This document shows positions 8,551-15,763 of a stretch of 32,000 bases of DNA, in pieces. Source of the DNA: Crocosphaera subtropica ATCC 51142 (GTDB lineage Bacteria > Cyanobacteriota > Cyanobacteriia > Cyanobacteriales > Microcystaceae). Below the pieces are notes generated by a model. It was given only the letters and a program-made list of their open reading frames with translations, did not search any database and had not been told where the DNA came from. The DNA lies in contig NC_010546.1 in assembly GCF_000017845.1 (NCBI RefSeq), positions 2,730,001-2,762,000 of the forward strand, given 5' to 3'. The position numbers were made by a program, and so were the translations under genes. How positions within the stretch are numbered: position 1 is the stretch's first letter; each line of letters begins with the position of its first letter.

Positions 8551-11500
8551 ATGAATGCTAATAACAATACCCTCAATAGGCAAGAACCTTGCCAGAAAAT
8601 ATTACACACCCTCGAAACAATTTCCCCAACTAAAGACTTAGGGTTGGACTTAGCTAAAACCTTTGAAATTGTAGAATGTGAATTTGGAGATGAAATTACT
8701 ACATTTCCTAGGAGGGCTGAAAAGAATGGACACAATCAAGACATGGATCAAGATGTTTATGTTGTCTGTCAAGGTCAAGTTAGGTTAGTCAGTTTTCAGA
8801 CCAATAAACAGAGAAATGTCTCAATTCAGTTACTCCAAGAAGGGGACATTTTTGGGGGAGATGGGTTAGGAAATCGAATCAGTTGGGCTTATGGTGCGAT
8901 CGCAGTGGGTTCAGACCCTGTGCAGGTGGCGAAAATTTCATCCCCTCAACTACAACCTTATTTAGAAAAGTTACCAGAACTTGAAACCCATCTGGCTACC
9001 ATTGCCCAACAAAGACAAACCTTAATCTTTTTTAAGCTCTTTACGAACCTGGGAACCCTACCCGGTCGAAGACTCCAACACCTATTACCTTATATCCAAA
9101 ATCAACGAATTCGAGCCGGAGAAAATCTGGCATCCTGGGGGAAAAAACAACCCAGTCGTTTGTGGTTGTGTCAAGGAGTCATTAAAAATGTCGACCTAGA
9201 AAGAGGTCATTCGTTTGGTTATCCTGAAACCATTCCTTCGGACTGGGTGGCTCAAACCGATCTCGAAGTCTATCAAATTCTCCAACAGGACTGGGATGCT
9301 GTTAGGGCGATCGCCCCTAGCTTACCCTCATCACCAGATAGTTCCTCCCATCTCTCCCCAACCGTTTCCCCAAAAAGTCATCCACCCCTTCCCCCGCCTA
9401 GTGCCTCTGTTCACCCTGAGCCACTTCCTCTCCCTGTCCCCCCTAACCCAGAATCATCAACGGTTGAATTTCCCAAACCCTTAAAAAAGCCCAGAGGATT
9501 ATGGCAAAATTATCCCTTTATTGAACAACAGAGTGCGGCCGACTGCGGTGCTACTTGTTTAGCCATGATTAGTCAATATTGGGGAAAAAGGCTCAATCTC
9601 AACTTTTTGCGAGACTTAGCAGGGGTTGGGCGTTCCGGGGCCTCTTTAAAAAACTTGGCCAAGGCCGCTGAAAAATTAGGTTATCAAGCCAGGCCTGTAC
9701 GAGCCAGTTTAAACCGCTTAATGGAAGAAAAAAATCCTTGGATCGCCCACTGGCAGGGGGATCACTATGTGGTGGTCTATCGTGTCAAAGGCGATCGCCT
9801 ACTCATTGCTGATCCGGCCCAGGGTAAACGGTTCATTCCTCGCCAAGAATTTATCACGGGATGGACAGGCTACGGTTTATTACTCGATCCCACCGAACAG
9901 TTAAATGAAGTCCCTACAGAAAAACGTTCTTTGGGGAGATTTTTGAAATTACTGTTACCCTATCGATCCCTAGGCATACAAATTATTTTCGCCTCTTTGC
10001 TTATTCAAATTTTTGGCTTAGTCACCCCTCTATTTACCCAAATTATCTTAGATAAGGTGGTGGTTAACAAAAGTCTGACCACCTTAAATGTGTTTGCCCT
10101 GGGGGTTCTTTTATTCGGGATCTGGAGTGTTTTATTATCGGGGGTTCGACAGTACCTACTGAGTTATTTGTCTAACCGTCTCGATCTGACCATGATTGGC
10201 GGTTTTATTAATCATGCCTTGTTGCTTCCCCTGAAATTTTTTGAATCTCGTCATGTGGGGGACATTATTACACGGGTTAATGAAAATCAGAAAATCCAGC
10301 GATTTTTGCTGAATCAGGTGGTGTTAGCCTGGTTAGATTTTTTAATGGGATTTGTCTATTTAGGGTTGATGCTCTATTACAACTGGCAACTTACTCTATT
10401 AATTGTGGCTTTAATCCCCCCAATTATGTTATTAACCCTGGGAGCAACCCCTTTATTGCGAAAAGTGTCAAGGGATGTCTTTAATCGCTCTGCTGAACAA
10501 AATTCGGCTTTGGTGGAAACCATTACAGGAGTGGCGACGGTCAAAGCTACCGCAACGGAAAAAGAACTACGTTGGCGTTGGGAAGAACGGTTAACCAATT
10601 ATCTGAATGCTCGATTTCGCAGCCAAAAACTGGGGATTAATCTACAAGCCGGCAGTGGTTTGATTAACTCCCTTGGCAGTACTGCACTCCTGTGGTATGG
10701 AGCAACCTTGGTGATCCAAGATCAACTCACCATTGGTCAATTTGTGGCCTTTAATATGATGATTGGTAAAGTGATCAACCCCGTTCTTTCTTTGGCTAAT
10801 CTTTGGGATGAACTGCAAGAGGTGTTAATTTCTGTCGAACGACTCAATGATATTTTTGACAGTCAACCCGAAGAAATACCCGGTCAACCCAGATTGCAGT
10901 TACCCCCCTTGAAAGGCCATATCAAATTTGATCATGTCACCTTTCGGTATAACGCTGACGAGGAACGCAACACCTTAGAGAATATTTCCTTTGAGGTGCA
11001 ACCTGGAGACACCATTGCCATTGTCGGACGCAGTGGTTCAGGGAAAACCACCTTAGTGAAGTTGCTTCAAGGACTGTATCCCCCAGACTCAGGAACCATT
11101 TACATCGATGAACACGATCTCAACCATATCTCTCCCCAATCCTTACGGAGTCAACTGGGGGTGGTTCCTCAAGAATGTTTCTTATTTTCTGGGACAATTT
11201 TCGAGAATATTACCCTATACCGTCCTGAATTTACCCTAGAACAAGTGGTGAAAGCAGCCCAACTCGCAGAAGCCCATGCTTTCATCCAGAGTATGCCGTT
11301 GGGATATAACACCAAAGTGGGAGAACGGGGAATGAATCTATCAGGGGGACAACGACAGCGCATTGCCATCGCCCGTGCGTTATTAGGCAAGCCACCGATT
11401 CTGATTTTAGATGAAGCCACCAGTTCCCTTGATACGGAGTCGGAACGCAGATTTCAAGCAAACCTTAGTCGTCTTTCCCACGACCGCACCACTTTTATTA

Positions 11501-11646
11501 TTGCTCATCGTCTCTCCACGGTTCGCAACGCTGATTGCATCCTTGTCTTAGATAAGGGAATTTTAGTTGAACAGGGAACCCACGAAGTCTTAATAGCAGA
11601 GCCAGGCATTTATGCTCATTTAGCGGAGCAACAACTCAATCTTTAA
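8551..11646 (+). CDS. HetC-like peptidase-containing ABC exporter: tandem cyclic-nucleotide-binding-like domains, Pro-rich linker, C39 peptidase, ABC transmembrane domain and ATPase
   Basis: The cNMP-like block is VYVVCQGQVRLVS...LQEGDIFGG. The C39 catalytic Cys block is QQSAADCGATCLAMISQYWG, and the His block is WQGDHYVVVY. There are six TM segments. Walker A is GRSGSGKTT, the signature is LSGGQRQRIAIARAL and Walker B is ILILDEATSSLD. The ORF also opens at a TTG at 8494; I chose the first ATG at 8551, and the true start is uncertain. Confidence 0.93.
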   Translation: MNANNNTLNRQEPCQKILHTLETISPTKDLGLDLAKTFEIVECEFGDEITTFPRRAEKNGHNQDMDQDVYVVCQGQVRLVSFQTNKQRNVSIQLLQEGDIFGGDGLGNRISWAYGAIAVGSDPVQVAKISSPQLQPYLEKLPELETHLATIAQQRQTLIFFKLFTNLGTLPGRRLQHLLPYIQNQRIRAGENLASWGKKQPSRLWLCQGVIKNVDLERGHSFGYPETIPSDWVAQTDLEVYQILQQDWDAVRAIAPSLPSSPDSSSHLSPTVSPKSHPPLPPPSASVHPEPLPLPVPPNPESSTVEFPKPLKKPRGLWQNYPFIEQQSAADCGATCLAMISQYWGKRLNLNFLRDLAGVGRSGASLKNLAKAAEKLGYQARPVRASLNRLMEEKNPWIAHWQGDHYVVVYRVKGDRLLIADPAQGKRFIPRQEFITGWTGYGLLLDPTEQLNEVPTEKRSLGRFLKLLLPYRSLGIQIIFASLLIQIFGLVTPLFTQIILDKVVVNKSLTTLNVFALGVLLFGIWSVLLSGVRQYLLSYLSNRLDLTMIGGFINHALLLPLKFFESRHVGDIITRVNENQKIQRFLLNQVVLAWLDFLMGFVYLGLMLYYNWQLTLLIVALIPPIMLLTLGATPLLRKVSRDVFNRSAEQNSALVETITGVATVKATATEKELRWRWEERLTNYLNARFRSQKLGINLQAGSGLINSLGSTALLWYGATLVIQDQLTIGQFVAFNMMIGKVINPVLSLANLWDELQEVLISVERLNDIFDSQPEEIPGQPRLQLPPLKGHIKFDHVTFRYNADEERNTLENISFEVQPGDTIAIVGRSGSGKTTLVKLLQGLYPPDSGTIYIDEHDLNHISPQSLRSQLGVVPQECFLFSGTIFENITLYRPEFTLEQVVKAAQLAEAHAFIQSMPLGYNTKVGERGMNLSGGQRQRIAIARALLGKPPILILDEATSSLDTESERRFQANLSRLSHDRTTFIIAHRLSTVRNADCILVLDKGILVEQGTHEVLIAEPGIYAHLAEQQLNL

Positions 11647-11768
11647 TTTTTGTGGCTTTTTTCTGTTTCTACTGTTATTCCTTGTTATTGATCTAACTAA
11701 GTCGGTAACTATAATCATCACAGTTTTCTACAGTTATCAATTAAAACAATTTAGTGGGGAACTTAAAC

Positions 11769-11887
11769 CTAAGTACCTGGACAAAAATAAACGTTACTGT
11801 CAAGTGAGCAGGGAGCCGAGACAGAGGGTGACTGCTTGTTTATATTTCTTAAGACAGTTGATTATATTTATGTCCGACTACTTAATC
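11769..11887 (-). repeat. Repeat B, copy 2 (MITE-like), inverted relative to 8163-8291
   Basis: ctaagtacctggacaaaaataaacgttactgt ... ttatgtccgactacttaatc. Both termini are near-identical to the reverse complement of copy 1. Confidence 0.75.
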
Positions 11888-11994
11888 AAAAAAATTGATA
11901 ACTGTTTACTGTTGTTTGTTCCCTATCTTAATTAATAACTAATGATTAGCAAATTTTCTCTTATTTTCTCTTTATTCCACATCATCAATTGATC

Positions 11995-12831
11995 ATGAAA
12001 ACCGTTCCTATTATTCGCCGAACATTGCTAACTTTAATGACAGTTAGTTCAATGAGTTTGGCACTACCTAGTAAAGCAGCTAACTTTTTTACAGTATCTG
12101 AAATTAGCTTAGAACTCACAAATTTTAGTCATCTTCCTCATGATATTGCTGCTTTTGTAACCCAAGACGTGACAACTATTGCTAATATTGGTTTTGTTGC
12201 TGCACAAGTTGATGTAGATGCAATTTTTCAAGTGGAAAATAATGAAGCGATCGCTCAAGCTTATTCATCAATTGGTTTAATTGGATCAGGTACAGATTAT
12301 CTAGGCTCAGCCAATGTTTCTACTAATTTATTCGGTAGTTTTATGATTCCTGTAGGGGAATCTTTGCGCTTTGATATTAATTCTTACTTATCTCTAGAAA
12401 ATTTTACTGAGGATCTATTTTCAGGACATAGTACATCAGGAACTATTAGTTTTTTATTTCAAGATGTTTTAAATCAAACCGTCTATGAGGTTTTTCGTTT
12501 AACTGGTATTTTAAATACTAATAATAATGAGGAATTAGGTCGAGATATCCTCAAATTTGTTCGTGGTGATGGACTAAAAATTTCCAATTATTATGAACAA
12601 ATTGTATTAGAAGGCAATAACGAATCCTTAGTTCTTGCCTTTAGTGGCGTATTTGAACAAAAGTTTGAACAAGGGGCAATCATCAATTTAGTCGCTGTCA
12701 GTCAAACTTGTAATTATGATTCTAATGAGGTTGGTGGTTGTGTCACAATTCCTGAACCGTCAAATAGAACCAGTTTATTATTAGGTTTACTCTGCTTAAT
12801 TTCTGTCGGGTTACGCTCAAGAATTATGTAA
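11995..12831 (+). CDS. PEP-CTERM sorting-domain secreted protein
   Basis: N-terminal signal peptide MKTVPIIRRTLLTLMTVSSMSLALPSKA. The C-terminus is PEPSNRTSLLLGLLCLISVGLRSRIM, that is PEP, a hydrophobic helix and a basic tail. The ORF track opens at a TTG at 11989; the ATG at 11995 is more likely. Confidence 0.75.
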   Translation: MKTVPIIRRTLLTLMTVSSMSLALPSKAANFFTVSEISLELTNFSHLPHDIAAFVTQDVTTIANIGFVAAQVDVDAIFQVENNEAIAQAYSSIGLIGSGTDYLGSANVSTNLFGSFMIPVGESLRFDINSYLSLENFTEDLFSGHSTSGTISFLFQDVLNQTVYEVFRLTGILNTNNNEELGRDILKFVRGDGLKISNYYEQIVLEGNNESLVLAFSGVFEQKFEQGAIINLVAVSQTCNYDSNEVGGCVTIPEPSNRTSLLLGLLCLISVGLRSRIM

Positions 12832-13527
12832 AAGATAGTTAAGTTCAATGGCTAGCCATTCCTGAAACATTCGATCCATAATTTCTTCATAAAGTATTGG
12901 GGTCAGTTCCGCCTCAATAAATTCTTCAACCATTAAAATATGATAGCCTTGATCTGTTTTTAACGGAGTAATCACTTTTTTGGGCTGTGCTGCAAAAATA
13001 TTAGCAGAAAAATCAGGTTTAAGATTGAAGCGATATAGTTTTCCTTCATGGCCACAATGATAACGACGTTGTTCATCGATATCATAAATATGTGCTGCTT
13101 GATAAAAACTCATTTCTTCTTCTTCTATTTGATAAAAAATTTCCCAAGCCAACTTTTCATACGGGACAATAATTTGATAAAGCAAAACTTGTTCAAAATC
13201 TACTTTATTCTGAGCAAAATATTTTTCTACTTCTTGAGAAAATAATGCTTCGGCTAGTTTTTGGCGGAGTATACTATTATAAATACCTGCTTCCCAATCA
13301 TCAGAATTAATCATTTGCTCGTCTAACCAAGCATAGGTGTCAGCAGCTTTTTCTAGTGATCTCTGAGTGCGTTGACTATCAGCTTCTATTTGAATTTCCT
13401 CTGCTGTCACTGTCAAATTCATTTTTTCAGCAGCTTGATTAATAATTCTTTGATATTGAATTTGGCAATAAATTTCTTTAAATTTCAGTGTTGTTTTGAG
13501 GAAATTGATGATTGTATCGACTTCCAT
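12817..13527 (-). CDS. Parvulin-type peptidyl-prolyl cis-trans isomerase (PpiC/SurA-like), with no signal peptide
   Basis: The C-terminal rotamase block FAAQPKKVITPLKTDQGYHILMVEEF follows a SurA-N-like helical region. A GAGG Shine-Dalgarno sits upstream of the ATG at 13527. The 3' end overlaps the PEP-CTERM gene by 15 nt. Confidence 0.7.
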   Translation of the reverse strand: MEVDTIINFLKTTLKFKEIYCQIQYQRIINQAAEKMNLTVTAEEIQIEADSQRTQRSLEKAADTYAWLDEQMINSDDWEAGIYNSILRQKLAEALFSQEVEKYFAQNKVDFEQVLLYQIIVPYEKLAWEIFYQIEEEEMSFYQAAHIYDIDEQRRYHCGHEGKLYRFNLKPDFSANIFAAQPKKVITPLKTDQGYHILMVEEFIEAELTPILYEEIMDRMFQEWLAIELNYLLHNS

Positions 13528-13711
13528 AAATTATCCTCTTATTCAAATTACTAAAAAATATCAATAACACAGCGAGGAAATTTAAAAAGGGAGGAGGGAA
13601 ATAATGAATGCTACATACCATTGATGATCTTAGCCTCCTGACACTCTCAATATATCATTAGTAGCACACATTAAAAAATCTGATATCATGTTCCCACACT
13701 CCCTAAGAGGG

Positions 13712-13963
13712 TTAGCGAAATAGTCTTGCAGAAACGTCTATAGTCGTCACAGGTCGCCCGCCAATGCCCCAGGAGAAACCACCAATAAAGGCCAAACCAA
13801 GTTTAACAGGGCTGCCCTCTAAGTCTCCGAGGTCGTCGCCAACTTGGGTAAAGGTTTCAACTGCCCAGCGAGACTTAAAGGAATAAAAACCCCCTTCAAC
13901 GGTTTGGGCATTGGGCAAACTCTCGTCATAAAAGTTTAAATCAGTAATGGTTAACTGGCTCAT
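13712..13963 (-). CDS. Double-glycine-leader peptide a (83 aa): leader MSQLTITDLNFYDESLPNAQTVEGG, 58-aa core
   Basis: ATG preceded by AGGAAG. The leader matches the I-x-D-L-x-x-x-x-E...GG pattern shared with four neighbouring genes and sits next to a C39 ABC exporter. Confidence 0.7.
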   Translation of the reverse strand: MSQLTITDLNFYDESLPNAQTVEGGFYSFKSRWAVETFTQVGDDLGDLEGSPVKLGLAFIGGFSWGIGGRPVTTIDVSARLFR

Positions 13964-13993
13964 GATTGTCTTCCTATTTTGCGGTATAATGGC

Positions 13994-14257
13994 TTAGAGT
14001 GAGAAAGTCCAGGTCAAGAAATTAAACCCTGTAAAGGTATTTGTCCCGATTGCTTCGCCAGCACCATTAACCAAGGCATCTATTCTTCCTGGGTTATCAA
14101 AATTACCATTGACTGTGGCTGACGAGTCGGGAAAAATAGGTCTTAAGAGACTAAGGCGATTAATACGACTGGTTATCGCTCCCTTAATTTGCTCAGGATC
14201 TTGTTGAGCAGTCTGGTGATTAATGAGTTTGAGATGGTCTAGATCAGAAATATTCAT
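13994..14257 (-). CDS. Double-glycine-type leader peptide b (87 aa): leader MNISDLDHLKLINHQTAQQDPEQIKGA (a GA variant), 60-aa core
   Basis: I chose an internal ATG of the 157-aa track ORF. From that ATG the product begins MNISDLDHL, nearly identical to the start of peptide c. The upstream 70 codons overlap peptide c out of frame. Confidence 0.6.
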   Translation of the reverse strand: MNISDLDHLKLINHQTAQQDPEQIKGAITSRINRLSLLRPIFPDSSATVNGNFDNPGRIDALVNGAGEAIGTNTFTGFNFLTWTFSL

Positions 14258-14354
14258 GGGTAGTACCCTTTTGTCTGTTATTTTTCTTGCATAAAAGAAA
14301 ATTTTTGGGAGAGAAAAATTCTTACTTTTTCTCTTAATTGGGTCATCATATTGC

Positions 14355-14615
14355 TTAGAATATTCTTCCAATAGCAACTTGAAACAGTGAGCTACTATAG
14401 GCAACAATATGTTGATCAGGTTGACTAATAGTGACAGGTTCTTCAATAATTTCGGAGGCTGAACCAATAGAACCTAAGTTAAAGGTTCTGATATCTCTTC
14501 CTAAAGCGGCTCTACCAGCAAAGAGAGTAAAAGCTTCGCTAAAGGACATAAAACCGCCTTTTACTTCATCAGATTGATGGATAGTTTCTAGATGTTCTAA
14601 ATCAGAAATATTCAT
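14355..14615 (-). CDS. Double-glycine-leader peptide c (86 aa): leader MNISDLEHLETIHQSDEVKGG, 65-aa core
   Basis: ATG with GGAGA upstream. It has the canonical GG leader and its own promoter-like motif at 14665-14694. Confidence 0.75.
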   Translation of the reverse strand: MNISDLEHLETIHQSDEVKGGFMSFSEAFTLFAGRAALGRDIRTFNLGSIGSASEIIEEPVTISQPDQHIVAYSSSLFQVAIGRIF

Positions 14616-14664
14616 TTTTTGGAATCTCCAATGCTAATGCTTTGATTAACCAAATTTTAGGTCA

Positions 14665-14694
14665 ATTTTATCTCCAATACCTGCCAGTTTGGCA
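14665..14694 (-). promoter_or_regulatory. Putative promoter/operator of the peptide c-b-a unit: palindrome TGCCAAACTGGCA, 11 nt, TAAAAT
   Basis: The minus strand reads TGCCAAACTGGCA-ggtattggaga-TAAAAT. The palindrome is at 14682-14694 and the -10-like box at 14665-14670. The same architecture occurs at 15094-15124 and 15688-15718. Confidence 0.55.
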
Positions 14695-14738
14695 ATCATT
14701 ATAAAATCAATAAATTGATATTTTGATCAGCCATAAAA

Positions 14739-14767
14739 ATCAGGAAGCTATTAGTAAGCTCCCTGAT
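14739..14767 (-). terminator. Rho-independent terminator after peptide d
   Basis: Stem atcaggaagc / gctccctgat (10 bp, 1 mismatch), flanked by an A-run and a T-run. It lies between the peptide d stop (14800) and the peptide c promoter motif. Confidence 0.65.
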
Positions 14768-14799
14768 TTTTTTAATTAAACTGATGAAATATCCTCTGG

Positions 14800-15030
14800 T
14801 TAGCTGAGGGAGCTAGAGTAGGCATCAATACGAGCATAGGCACGGCTACCGAGAGGACCAGCAACAGCACCAGTGGTGTCGGTATCAGTTTCAAAATCGA
14901 TTTCAGTGTCAGATTCTACACCAGTGGCAATAGAACCACCGCCAACGCGAGAAAAAGCACGACCGATACCACCACAGATTTCTTCAGCAGTAGAAACAAC
15001 TTCTAAGTATTTTAGATCTTGGATATTCAT
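14800..15030 (-). CDS. Double-glycine-leader peptide d (76 aa): leader MNIQDLKYLEVVSTAEEICGG, acidic 55-aa core
   Basis: The internal ATG at 15030 is preceded by AAGGAG at good spacing. The track ORF starts 11 codons earlier with no Shine-Dalgarno. The leader pattern is conserved. Confidence 0.75.
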   Translation of the reverse strand: MNIQDLKYLEVVSTAEEICGGIGRAFSRVGGGSIATGVESDTEIDFETDTDTTGAVAGPLGSRAYARIDAYSSSLS

Positions 15031-15093
15031 GAGGTTTAGCTCCTTAGTTCTTGTTAAAACCAACCGTATTGGTTGTTATTAATATAGTAAGTA

Positions 15094-15124
15094 TTTTTAT
15101 CAAGTTTGACTTGCCATTTTGGCA
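15094..15124 (-). promoter_or_regulatory. Putative promoter/operator of peptide d: TGCCAAAATGGCA, 12 nt, TAAAAA
   Basis: Palindrome at 15112-15124 and -10-like box at 15094-15099, read on the minus strand. Confidence 0.55.
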
Positions 15125-15202
15125 CAAAGTTTAAACAAATTTCATACTAAAACTTGACATATAAAAGTAAGAATTATTGTCATTTATTTTTTATAAAAAA
15201 TA

Positions 15203-15237
15203 GATCCTCTTATCCAATTAAATTAGGAAAGAGGATC
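15203..15237 (-). terminator. Rho-independent terminator after peptide e
   Basis: A 9-bp perfect stem, gatcctctt (15203-15211) / aagaggatc (15229-15237). On the minus strand it is followed by TATTTTTT. Confidence 0.7.
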
Positions 15238-15315
15238 ACAATTTCATCATCAATAGATAGAATTTATCTACTCAGTAATTTACTCTTATTGGTACAGTTG
15301 AATTTCGAGTTTTAA

Positions 15316-15582
15316 CTAATCTCCAACCACTACGCTGATACTTCTTCGTCCACCATCTGATTTCTTTTCTTCTCCTCCTACTGAAATAATAGAATTAATA
15401 CTAATTCTAATACTAGCAACTCCGTCACGTTCAATGGTTTCTACTACAAACGGATCATTACTTGACCCTGAATTATCAGGATTAGTTCTTGGATTAATTC
15501 GACTTTCTGTTCTGCCAATCCCACCAAAAACAACTGAGGGATCAGTGACAGTTTCACGATAACTCAAATCAGAAATCAACAT
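15316..15582 (-). CDS. Double-glycine-leader peptide e (88 aa): leader MLISDLSYRETVTDPSVVFGG, 67-aa core
   Basis: ATG preceded by AAGGAG. The leader pattern is conserved. The core starts IGRTESRI, comparable to IGRAFSRV in peptide d. Confidence 0.72.
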   Translation of the reverse strand: MLISDLSYRETVTDPSVVFGGIGRTESRINPRTNPDNSGSSNDPFVVETIERDGVASIRISINSIISVGGEEKKSDGGRRSISVVVGD

Positions 15583-15687
15583 GATATTTCTCCTTAATAA
15601 GACAGTTTTTTGCTAGAAATTAACGGATGTACAAGAGATATAGAAAATACAAAGGTTAATAATACCTATCACCTAATAATTTACCAA

Positions 15688-15718
15688 GTTTTAGTGGGAA
15701 AGCATTGCCAATTTGGCA
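15688..15718 (-). promoter_or_regulatory. Putative promoter/operator of peptide e: TGCCAAATTGGCA, 12 nt, TAAAAC
   Basis: Palindrome at 15706-15718 and -10-like box at 15688-15693, read on the minus strand. Confidence 0.55.
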
Positions 15719-15763
15719 GTTTCTCAAAAATTAGATAACACCTTCATATTTTCTAACTTTGTT

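Noticed and set aside
8487-8735. Minus-strand 82-aa ORF at the 5' end of the ABC exporter gene. The same applies to the internal or antisense ORFs at 9215-9484, 10377-10598 and 11169-11420.
   Set aside because: All lie within or opposite the 1030-1050-aa exporter frame, whose domains are unambiguous. They are typical shadow ORFs.
8163-11887. A composite transposon carrying the ABC exporter gene
   Set aside because: The flanking inverted repeats are short (about 120-130 nt) and non-coding, with no transposase in the window. I could not identify target-site duplications by eye. I kept it as a repeat observation only.
13994-14467. The 157-aa long form of the ORF containing peptide b
   Set aside because: Its first 70 codons overlap peptide c out of frame and encode a low-complexity K/L/I-rich sequence with no leader. 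From the internal ATG at 14257 the product begins MNISDLDHL, like its neighbours, so I called the short form.
14682-14694. Reading the TGGCA-containing palindromes as sigma-54 (-24 TGGCAC / -12 TTGCA) promoters
   Set aside because: The spacing and the second element do not fit (TGCCA-N3-TGGCA rather than GG-N10-GC). Cyanobacteria are not known to encode RpoN. A dimeric regulator site overlapping a sigma-70-type promoter is more plausible.
14873-15082. Plus-strand 69-aa ORF antisense to peptide d
   Set aside because: It is a shadow ORF lying entirely opposite a gene that has a strong Shine-Dalgarno and a conserved leader. It has no start context and no recognisable motif.
13712-15582. Interpreting the peptide genes as lanthipeptide, cyanobactin or other heavily modified RiPP precursors
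   Set aside because: The cores contain no Cys. No LanM/LanB/LanC, YcaO, PatA/G-type protease, prenyltransferase or radical-SAM gene occurs anywhere in the 32 kb. Only the C39 exporter, HlyD and a parvulin are present.
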